Notes under the pieces: generated by a model | Told to the model about the DNA's origin: nothing | Seen by the model: only the letters and a program-made list of their open reading frames with translations | The model's database searches: none | Position numbers and translations under genes: made by a program | Source of the DNA: Clostridia bacterium | GTDB taxonomy: Bacteria; Bacillota; Clostridia; Lachnospirales; Anaerotignaceae | DNA: 64,000 nucleotides | NCBI GenBank assembly: GCA_009929735.1 | Contig: RZZU01000012.1 | Location: 6,894-70,893 of the forward strand | Direction: 5' to 3' | Part shown: positions 27,547-35,243 of the stretch, piece by piece | Layout: every line of letters starts with the position of its first letter | Numbering within the stretch: the first letter of the stretch is position 1

Positions 27547-30500
27547 CTAAAACTCAATATTTAAAATCGTATCATCTTTTACGCTCTGTTTTAGTTTCTG
27601 CTTTAGAACTTCAACATAGCGTTCTACATCTTCCTCTGTTTCAATTCTCCATGTTGACTCCGAGTTAATAGATTTTATGCTAATGGTTTTTTGAATTTTT
27701 GCTTTCGGTGCCGGTGGAGGGGTAATTACTTCTTCGCCACTTGTAGTAATCTTTGGCGGTGTAACAGGCTGTTTTGCAGCGATTATTTTAGCTTCTTCCA
27801 CAGCAATTTCATTGAGCAAACGTACTTTTAAGGCATCAGCCTCTACCTTGATGTTTTGCAGGGTAGCTACACTATTGCAGGTTTCAGCTTTTTTCTTTAT
27901 CTCTGCAAAACGCTCTGCAATCTTATTCGATAATATACTACGACATTCTTTCCCCTCAAGTTCCTGCATCACACGCAATCTCGCTTCTTCAATGGCGGTT
28001 GTAATAGGTTCTTCCATTTGGGTAAGCATGTCATTGTATAAGTTTGTATATCGCTCAAGAAGCTCAGGGATTTTTCTAATTTCGCTATATGGTTTTGCCT
28101 TTGCCATTATTGCTTTAATTGCAGTAACAACATCTTCAATTTCGCTATTCACAATAAAAGTTTTGCTGTCATCATAAATCTTCATCAGCTTTAGGCTATG
28201 ATTCCAAATTTCGATTTGATCGCCATGAAAAAAGGCTTTAATAGGCTCATAATCTTCAGCAAAATCCAGTAAAACATCCTGCTTATCAGTAACAATATTG
28301 AAAAATTCTGCGGAATATTTAATTGCAAGTAAATCCATCATAAAAGCTTTACCATTCTTTACCACCTGCTTACCAGGATAGCTTTGTTCGTTCTTATAAT
28401 GTATTTCTAATTTTTCTAGATCATTTTTTAGTCTATCTGCATACTGCATAAAGCTCTTTAAGATTGCATCATCTTCTTCGCTCATTGGAGTGATGTTAAA
28501 GAGTTCTTTCATCACATCACGAACAGCTTTTTTCTGCTTATCATTGGCTTTTTCTCGCTTTTCTGTAAGTAGTTTTTCTAAAAACTCTTTTCTGCTTAGG
28601 TAGCGATACACTTCATCTTCACTCTTATTCAGAAGTGTAACAGCATCATTGTTTACAAAGAAAGCCAAATCACCCTCTTTAAACAGCTTTGCAACAAGCC
28701 ACTCTACATCATCCTCAATAAATCCATATGGTGCCTTTGTAAAGCGTTCCATAATGGATTTCAGCGATGTTTTAGCGTGTCTTTGGGTATTCATGCTAAC
28801 AAAATCAAGCACGTCATTTAAGGCAAGTCTGTTAGGAGTTTGTACTTGTCCATCAAGAGATAACTGTGCATTGTTAGTCCCTTTAAGCACTGCTCGTATA
28901 TGTGATTCATTCATTGCTGTATCAATATAAGACAACTTATGAAATACTGTGCTGATTAGCTTACCAAGTGCATCATTGATACGAGAAGAAATATCTTTCG
29001 CAGCAATTTGTACCTTATCCCCATTTACATAGATAGCAGCTTGTTTCATTGCTTCTTCAAGGAAAATCCTTGCGTTAGCATTCCTTTCACGCATTTCCAC
29101 TCGTTTGGCTTCTTTAATTTGCTCATACTTGCTATTCATATTATTAGAATTAGGCCGTAAATACTTTTCTATTTTCAGTGCAGAACGAATTTCGTTAATA
29201 AAAGCCTTATCATCGGGCAATGCTACGATAACACACTTACTCTGCCCACTCATCATTCGAAGAGTCGTTTCATTCATCTGTGCATCTGTAAAGTTTGGTG
29301 TTAATACTTTAAGAAATATGCCATAGTTTTGATTTCCCTTGTAAGGTCTATCATCTACAATTTGATTGAACCCAAAAGTATATCTACCATTGAAAGCTGA
29401 GTATCTGTATTTCTTGTCATCATACAGTCCATCAAAAATAAGTTCTGCTGTTTTGCCTGTCAACTCATAGGCTTCCACACTTAGAGCTTCAATCTCACGA
29501 TTGATTTCCTGTTCTTCATCAGTAAGAAACACATATAGTTCACCATTTTTTTGGACAAGTGTTTGACGACATAAACGCATCAGGGCTTGTTCCACTTTGT
29601 CTTTTAGGGCAATACGGTCATCATCAATATCAGAAACCATAAGGCTAGTGATATTTTCAAGGTTCGGAGTAATTTCTTTGACATATTTAATCATAAATAA
29701 TGTCTTTAGAACATTGACCTCAAAACAATCTTCTAGCTTATTAGGGTTTAAATACTCGTTGTCATAAGCTCTAATGATAACGCCTTTATGACTATGGTCT
29801 AAAAACTGCTCCAGTGCATCATAAAACATATTGAATGGTACAAGGGCACCCTCGTTCTTTGCCATAACTCTCATAGCGGACTCTTTGAACAAGGCAAGCA
29901 TTGATCGTTCACCTTCAGCCAAATGCTTACCACTGGCACCGTGGGTTCTAATGGAGGTTAATACATCTCCAAGCAAATTGAATTGATATGGAATAAATGG
30001 GTAAACATCAGAAAAATTTTCTCTATCCGAATATAACTTCTTTTCAATGCCATCGTTAAAAATAATCAGGTTTTTTATAATGGTATCTTTGTCATCATAA
30101 AGAAGTGCTAATGTCTGATTACCTGTTTCTGTTTTTTCAAGAATTCTCTTATGAATCACTTCATCCACGTTGGCAGATGAGAGGGACAGCCTTGTATCAA
30201 AACGACCTTGAATTTTAGAGAAGTCATTTCCTCTGGTTTTTGTGATGCTATCAATGTCTTGCTGGCTTGTTACAATAATCCAAGCTTTGCCTTTGCACTC
30301 AGTGCCTAAATCCTCAGCAACTGTTTGCAAGTTTAACATAAGGTCAGTTTTTTCGCCTATGTACTGCCCAATTTCATCTACCAAAAATATTACATGATGA
30401 TTATTGCCTTTTTTCTTTATATAATCGCTTACCATTTTTGCAAAGGTACTAATATCCATATTATAGGGATTAGTGAAACTCTCACAAGTATTTTTCGCTG

Positions 30501-31170
30501 CTTCCATACTCATATATTCAATTTGAACCAATGCTTTGCAAACATAGTCTTGAATAAATCTAAATTGATGGCGTGAGTCTATCCATTCTTTTCCACGAAT
30601 GGATAAAAAAGCACTTTTGAACTCCTCATATTTACCTTCTTCGGTAAGAGTTCTTTCTAAATCAGCAAGGTGGGGGTTTGCTCCGTAAAATCCCAAATGC
30701 TGATTAAATACTTTTAAGAAAACAGACAGGATAGCTTCTTTATTGTTCTGGGTATCTGCCATTCCACTCTTAGAGTCAATATTAAATAGGATAACATCCG
30801 CAGATGTATTTGCTGCAAGCTTCATATCACCAAGAACCACTTCATCCTTGATTTTTTTGTCTTCAACAAAGTAATCAATTGCTGTTTTTCCATCAACCAC
30901 ACGATTTTCAAGAAGGTAGGATAAAATCTTTAAGAAATGAGACTTACCACTTCCAAAGAAGCCAGAAATCCATACTCCCATTTTATCGGTATTTCCTACG
31001 ATTCCTTTTTTATAGCTCGCAAAAAAGTCTGCAAAATGCTTCTGCAGTTCCCTTGTTACAACATATTCTTCAAGCTCTTGCTTTACATTCTCATCATCAC
31101 CCTGGCCAACCTTAATAACGCCTTTAATATCTCTATCAATTGGCTTAGAAAACATATTTTTAATAATCAT
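27547..31170 (-). CDS. brxC: BREX BrxC (large P-loop ATPase)
   Basis: 1207 aa. N-terminus MIIKNMFSKPIDRDIKGVIKVGQ and Walker A GFFGSGKSHFLK. Follows brxB. Confidence 0.9.
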   Translation of the reverse strand: MIIKNMFSKPIDRDIKGVIKVGQGDDENVKQELEEYVVTRELQKHFADFFASYKKGIVGNTDKMGVWISGFFGSGKSHFLKILSYLLENRVVDGKTAIDYFVEDKKIKDEVVLGDMKLAANTSADVILFNIDSKSGMADTQNNKEAILSVFLKVFNQHLGFYGANPHLADLERTLTEEGKYEEFKSAFLSIRGKEWIDSRHQFRFIQDYVCKALVQIEYMSMEAAKNTCESFTNPYNMDISTFAKMVSDYIKKKGNNHHVIFLVDEIGQYIGEKTDLMLNLQTVAEDLGTECKGKAWIIVTSQQDIDSITKTRGNDFSKIQGRFDTRLSLSSANVDEVIHKRILEKTETGNQTLALLYDDKDTIIKNLIIFNDGIEKKLYSDRENFSDVYPFIPYQFNLLGDVLTSIRTHGASGKHLAEGERSMLALFKESAMRVMAKNEGALVPFNMFYDALEQFLDHSHKGVIIRAYDNEYLNPNKLEDCFEVNVLKTLFMIKYVKEITPNLENITSLMVSDIDDDRIALKDKVEQALMRLCRQTLVQKNGELYVFLTDEEQEINREIEALSVEAYELTGKTAELIFDGLYDDKKYRYSAFNGRYTFGFNQIVDDRPYKGNQNYGIFLKVLTPNFTDAQMNETTLRMMSGQSKCVIVALPDDKAFINEIRSALKIEKYLRPNSNNMNSKYEQIKEAKRVEMRERNANARIFLEEAMKQAAIYVNGDKVQIAAKDISSRINDALGKLISTVFHKLSYIDTAMNESHIRAVLKGTNNAQLSLDGQVQTPNRLALNDVLDFVSMNTQRHAKTSLKSIMERFTKAPYGFIEDDVEWLVAKLFKEGDLAFFVNNDAVTLLNKSEDEVYRYLSRKEFLEKLLTEKREKANDKQKKAVRDVMKELFNITPMSEEDDAILKSFMQYADRLKNDLEKLEIHYKNEQSYPGKQVVKNGKAFMMDLLAIKYSAEFFNIVTDKQDVLLDFAEDYEPIKAFFHGDQIEIWNHSLKLMKIYDDSKTFIVNSEIEDVVTAIKAIMAKAKPYSEIRKIPELLERYTNLYNDMLTQMEEPITTAIEEARLRVMQELEGKECRSILSNKIAERFAEIKKKAETCNSVATLQNIKVEADALKVRLLNEIAVEEAKIIAAKQPVTPPKITTSGEEVITPPPAPKAKIQKTISIKSINSESTWRIETEEDVERYVEVLKQKLKQSVKDDTILNIEF

Positions 31171-31181
31171 AATTTATCCTC

Positions 31182-31760
31182 TCAATCTACAATCCTAAAA
31201 GCCCTATAATAATTATCGTCCTTAGTTTCGCCAAATAGCATCAATGACTGACCATCATACTTGCCAGGAAAGAACATTACAACCGGGACATTATCTACAA
31301 ATTGGTGCATATTATTTAGTATTTTATGAGAACGCAAAAGCGGATAACATTTGCCAATTCCAGTTAAAAAAACAATAGCATCTTCTGGGGTATTGTCCTT
31401 AATATGAGCTAAGAGCTCGTTGCCGTAATTATCTTCTTCCATGCGTAGCATTTCGTTAATTGCTTTGGTTATCTCAGGTAAGCCTTTCGTCTTTTCGAAC
31501 TCTATGCAAAGGTCAAGAAATCCCTCTTTCTTTAGCGAGTCAATAATTGTATCGTACAAATCAAAAACAACCAACTTAATATCACTGTTTTCATATTTTG
31601 AGACTAGATATTGAACTCTCTCTCGAACCACCATCTCCTGCTCAGCAGGATAGTCAAATACATAATATCCAACCTCATTGCCAAGACCTTTATTTTCCCG
31701 GAAATTCGGGAGCTTAATCTTGTCCTCTAACTTGTTTAGTCTGCTTTCTAAATCCAGCAT
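31182..31760 (-). CDS. brxB: BREX BrxB (DUF1788 family)
   Basis: 192 aa. FRENKGLGNEVGYYVFDYPAEQE is the BrxB-type N-terminal motif. Abuts brxA. Confidence 0.8.
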   Translation of the reverse strand: MLDLESRLNKLEDKIKLPNFRENKGLGNEVGYYVFDYPAEQEMVVRERVQYLVSKYENSDIKLVVFDLYDTIIDSLKKEGFLDLCIEFEKTKGLPEITKAINEMLRMEEDNYGNELLAHIKDNTPEDAIVFLTGIGKCYPLLRSHKILNNMHQFVDNVPVVMFFPGKYDGQSLMLFGETKDDNYYRAFRIVD

Positions 31761-32360
31761 TTAGCTCACCCCCGTAACTGCTTTTATTAATTGTATTTCT
31801 CCATTATCTTTAAAGTAATGCTCTAGTTTAATATCCATCACTGGAGGAGTAAGCTCTTTCTTTTTACCATTTACAGTCAACAGCCCCGCATCAACCATAA
31901 AATTCATATAAGTGCTTCTAAGTCTTTTCAGTGTAGTGTCTGTCCAGTTCGCAACATCTTCATTTTGATCTTGCTTGTTTTTGAAGAATATATTAATATC
32001 ACTGTCGTTAAGTTCACATACCCCTAGGATTACTTTTTCTCTATACACTTCATATAAAAATTCATAAAACAATCTATTTTGCTTTGCAGCTGCAATAAGA
32101 ATTATAATTTTTTGTGTTGCCAAGTCACCCTCTAAAAAGATTTTCATCACCTTTTTATCTAGCGTGCTAATTCTATTTTTTAAATATCCAAATATTCTTT
32201 TGGCTCGATACTCTTTGGATATACCCAGCAAATTTTCTTCTAAGCACATTGCTCTTATCCCATCCCAAGAATAACCATCATATTTTAGTTTGATAATTTT
32301 TTTACATTCAATAAACCAAAAGGATTCGGATACTAATCCAGAGCTATATTTTTTCTCCAT
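31761..32360 (-). CDS. brxA: BREX BrxA (DUF1819 family)
   Basis: 199 aa, with the size and position (first structural BREX gene) typical of BrxA. Family assigned from position and general resemblance. Confidence 0.75.
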   Translation of the reverse strand: MEKKYSSGLVSESFWFIECKKIIKLKYDGYSWDGIRAMCLEENLLGISKEYRAKRIFGYLKNRISTLDKKVMKIFLEGDLATQKIIILIAAAKQNRLFYEFLYEVYREKVILGVCELNDSDINIFFKNKQDQNEDVANWTDTTLKRLRSTYMNFMVDAGLLTVNGKKKELTPPVMDIKLEHYFKDNGEIQLIKAVTGVS

Positions 32361-32395
32361 ATATCTTCCTCCATACCTAACTATATTCGTCTATA

Positions 32396-32632
32396 TTATT
32401 TAGCATCTGTTGTAGCAGACTCAGCATCTGTCACCGCCGAGCAAATGTCGCCGATATCACAGTTTAAAATTTCACAAATAGATAGTAAGACAGTAATAGA
32501 AACAGGCTCGTTTTTATTTAGCCTAGTAATAGTTCCTGCTGAAAGTCCTGTTAACTTTCGTAAATCACTTTTCTTTATATCTTTTTCAATCAACTTAATC
32601 CATAGTTTTTTATAGCTAATGTTCATTCTCAT
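32396..32632 (-). CDS. Small XRE-family HTH protein heading the BREX operon (candidate regulator)
   Basis: 78 aa. HTH KKSDLRKLTGLSAGTITRLNKNEPVSITVLLSICEIL. Lies 35 nt upstream of brxA. Confidence 0.7.
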   Translation of the reverse strand: MRMNISYKKLWIKLIEKDIKKSDLRKLTGLSAGTITRLNKNEPVSITVLLSICEILNCDIGDICSAVTDAESATTDAK

Positions 32633-32676
32633 CCCTCATTCATCACAGATATATTACTATGCTTCAACTTAACTAT

Positions 32677-32705
32677 ATTATAAAGCATTGAGGTTATCCT
32701 TACAA
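32677..32705 (-). promoter_or_regulatory. Sigma-A promoter TTGTAA-17-TATAAT upstream of the HTH-BREX operon
   Basis: Minus strand: -35 at 32705-32700, 17-nt spacer, -10 at 32682-32677, about 45 nt upstream of ATG 32632. Confidence 0.55.
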
Positions 32706-32971
32706 GATTTTACACCAAATATATAAAGAAATATCACAACTTATTGCGACATTTTCTCATTCGAGTGCAAGAACGAAGAATCTATCTAAAAATACAGAGG
32801 TTTTTTTCATATAATATATAATGAACAATCTTGGCAAGCAATGCCTGCCAGTACACACTGGCAGGCGCTTGTTGGGGAAGTATCCCCAATCCCCACTAAA
32901 ACACAATCAGCCTCTGTTGTGTTTTTAATACTCTCATTTTGAGAGTAGCAGCACCTTGCTTCGCTAGCGGT

Positions 32972-34354
32972 TTATAAGGACTGTTCAGCTTTTTTCTTTT
33001 GCTGTTGTTCCTCTTTTTCATCAAGCTCAAGGAGCTGTTCAACATTGGCTTTCGCATTCAAAATTTCCTGCATTTCTTTTTTCAAAGAATTATATTTAGA
33101 GTATGCCTTTTTCTTCTCGGTAAAGAGAGTAGCATACTCTATTTTTAGGTCTGCCATCTTTGGGAGCTTACTTAAACCCACCTCTTTAAAATAATTTTTA
33201 GCAGCCTGGTGGAGCAGAATTTCAGTGATATTTTCTTCTTTGAATTTAGAAGAATATCCAAATTTTTTATAATCCTCATAAACAGCCTTTGTTTTTGCAA
33301 AGTCGATAATATTTTTCTGCAAAATAGATATTTCTGCCATCTGTTTTTCAGTAAATTTTATGCTGTCAGAAAGGAGGGAAAACTCGTTTATAATGCCCTC
33401 GGCTTTTGCCCTTAAATCTTCATAATTAAGCAAGTTGTTTTCGGTTAGATAGTTCATCGTTTTGGCAAGCTGTTTTAGGTTGAAAGTCTTTGCCCAACGC
33501 TCATATCCAGCGCCTTTCTTCTGACTGATTTTAGACTGCAAGTCAATGACAAGATTAATTTTTTTATCGTTATATTGTCGAACTCTTTTTTGTGGCTTAT
33601 GCTCCTTTTTACCCTCGATAACTTCTCTTAAATTATCCTCTTGATAACTTTTTCCAAGTGACCTTAAACGGATAAATTTCCTTTGTCCAGCACCCTTAAA
33701 AGCGAGATATTTTCCTGTCTTAATTTCAAAGCCTTTAGACTTCATTTTGCTAAAAAACTCATCTAAGTTTTCCGGTTTTTCCGCTAAGACTTCATCAATG
33801 GCAAGCCGCAATTTATCAGAAAAATTAAGTGGCTTTTCCTCCTCTAGCCAACTGCCATAATCTTTAGATTTCCCCCTTGGATTTTCTACAATAGACAGAC
33901 CATTTTGCAAGCAAAGTAAGTCATTTATTTTTTGAATCGCTTTGGTAGAGTTCCAAAAATTTCTAAACTTTTTCTTGCAGTTTAGATTAGTAGAGTTCCA
34001 AATAATGTGATTATGAATATGGGACTTATCTATATGGGTAGCCACAATAAATGCGTGGTTACCCTTTGTTACTTTTTCGGCTAATTGGTAGCCAATTTGA
34101 TTGGCAAGCTCCGGAGAAATTTCCCCTGGCTTAAAAGACTGCCTAAGCTGATAAGCGATCACATCATTCTTTTGTATTCTGCCTGTTTTTTGTAGGTAAA
34201 TTTGCTTGGATAAGAGAAACTGACTATCCACTAAATCGGCATCACACATAAAGCTACTGACTAATTCTCCGCTATTGGTTTTGTCAGGGTTTTTAGCATA
34301 ATCGGTTCTATCTGTAAGGCACTGGGCAAGGGTTTTACCCTTGTTGATGTGCAT
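32972..34354 (-). CDS. Conjugative relaxase (MobA/VirD2-type relaxase/mobilisation nuclease domain)
   Basis: His-triad motif ATHIDKSHIHNHIIWNS. N-terminal MHINKGKTLAQCLTDRTDYAKNPDKT. Follows mobC. The true start may be 8 codons upstream (see findings). Confidence 0.85.
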   Translation of the reverse strand: MHINKGKTLAQCLTDRTDYAKNPDKTNSGELVSSFMCDADLVDSQFLLSKQIYLQKTGRIQKNDVIAYQLRQSFKPGEISPELANQIGYQLAEKVTKGNHAFIVATHIDKSHIHNHIIWNSTNLNCKKKFRNFWNSTKAIQKINDLLCLQNGLSIVENPRGKSKDYGSWLEEEKPLNFSDKLRLAIDEVLAEKPENLDEFFSKMKSKGFEIKTGKYLAFKGAGQRKFIRLRSLGKSYQEDNLREVIEGKKEHKPQKRVRQYNDKKINLVIDLQSKISQKKGAGYERWAKTFNLKQLAKTMNYLTENNLLNYEDLRAKAEGIINEFSLLSDSIKFTEKQMAEISILQKNIIDFAKTKAVYEDYKKFGYSSKFKEENITEILLHQAAKNYFKEVGLSKLPKMADLKIEYATLFTEKKKAYSKYNSLKKEMQEILNAKANVEQLLELDEKEEQQQKKKAEQSL

Positions 34355-34389
34355 TGGAATAATTCGTGTTGTGGCGATAAAATCATCTC

Positions 34390-34731
34390 CTATTTTTCAT
34401 CAGCAAAAAGATCATTTGTAAAGATGCGAATATCCTCTTTAATTGCCTTTATATCACCGCTCAAGACCTCAATATCATCAATATAAATATTGCCTGTTTC
34501 GTTGGCTCTTTTGGTAAGCTGATTAAGGTTGTTGCCTATGCGTGAAAGCTCCACAGTGAGCCTATTTAATGGCTCCATATCCAGTTCTATCATATAACCG
34601 TAAATAGCCATACGGCGAATATATGCACCTAAATTATTGGTGCCGATTAACTCCATTTTTGCATCTATGATTTTGCGTTCCTGCTCATCAACCATAAAGT
34701 GCAGCTGTATTTTTCGTATTCTATTTGCCAT
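34390..34731 (-). CDS. mobC: MobC relaxosome accessory protein
   Basis: 113 aa with the MobC-family motif LSRIGNNLNQLTKRAN. Immediately upstream of the relaxase. Confidence 0.8.
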   Translation of the reverse strand: MANRIRKIQLHFMVDEQERKIIDAKMELIGTNNLGAYIRRMAIYGYMIELDMEPLNRLTVELSRIGNNLNQLTKRANETGNIYIDDIEVLSGDIKAIKEDIRIFTNDLFADEK

Positions 34732-34742
34732 AAATCCTCCCT

Positions 34743-34777
34743 AAAAAAATAAGGCTACCTCCAAAGAAGTAGCCTAT
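34743..34777 (-). terminator. Hairpin plus T-run between the small membrane gene and mobC (possible partial terminator)
   Basis: Stem AGGCTAC (34752-34758) / GTAGCCT (34769-34775), followed on the minus strand by T7 (34749-34743). It sits only a few nt before the mobC SD. Confidence 0.4.
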
Positions 34778-34794
34778 AATATGATGATTAACTT

Positions 34795-35082
34795 TTAAAC
34801 TTGTCGTAGCTTTCTTGTAACGCAATCTACACCATTTAGAAGGAGGTTTGCCAAGCCAAACAGTCCGATTTCACTGAATACAAGGCAGAGAAGCAACAAT
34901 CCTTTTGCCTGTTCCCACTGGGCAAACCCCATAGCCAAACATACAAGGGTAAATAGAAACAGTAGTGAAGAAATTGTACCAATAATTGTTCCGCCGACTA
35001 CGGTTATCAATCGACAACCTAAGCTTAATACGGTTAAAATTGCGATGATGGGAAATAGGAATATTTTAAATAAAGTCCTCAT
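34795..35082 (-). CDS. Small 3-TM membrane protein (ICE-associated, function unknown)
   Basis: 95 aa, almost entirely hydrophobic helices (FLFPIIAILTVLSLG..., LLFLFTLVCLAMGF, LLLLCLVFSEIGLFGLANLLL). Confidence 0.6.
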   Translation of the reverse strand: MRTLFKIFLFPIIAILTVLSLGCRLITVVGGTIIGTISSLLFLFTLVCLAMGFAQWEQAKGLLLLCLVFSEIGLFGLANLLLNGVDCVTRKLRQV

Positions 35083-35170
35083 TTTTTCGACCTCCTTGAT
35101 GTTTGCTTTTCTATCTTTATTCTATCGCTTTAGAGCATTAAAGTCAATATAGAAGCATAAATATTCTGAT

Positions 35171-35212
35171 AAAAAAATAAAGGAATGGTCTGCAAAAAAC
35201 AAACCATTCCTT
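35171..35212 (-). terminator. Rho-independent terminator after the polyvalent gene
   Basis: Stem AAGGAATGGT (35180-35189) / ACCATTCCTT (35203-35212), with a T-rich run on the minus strand at 35179-35171. Confidence 0.6.
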
Positions 35213-35243
35213 GTTTAATTTTGCAGTCTACATGAAGGGATAG

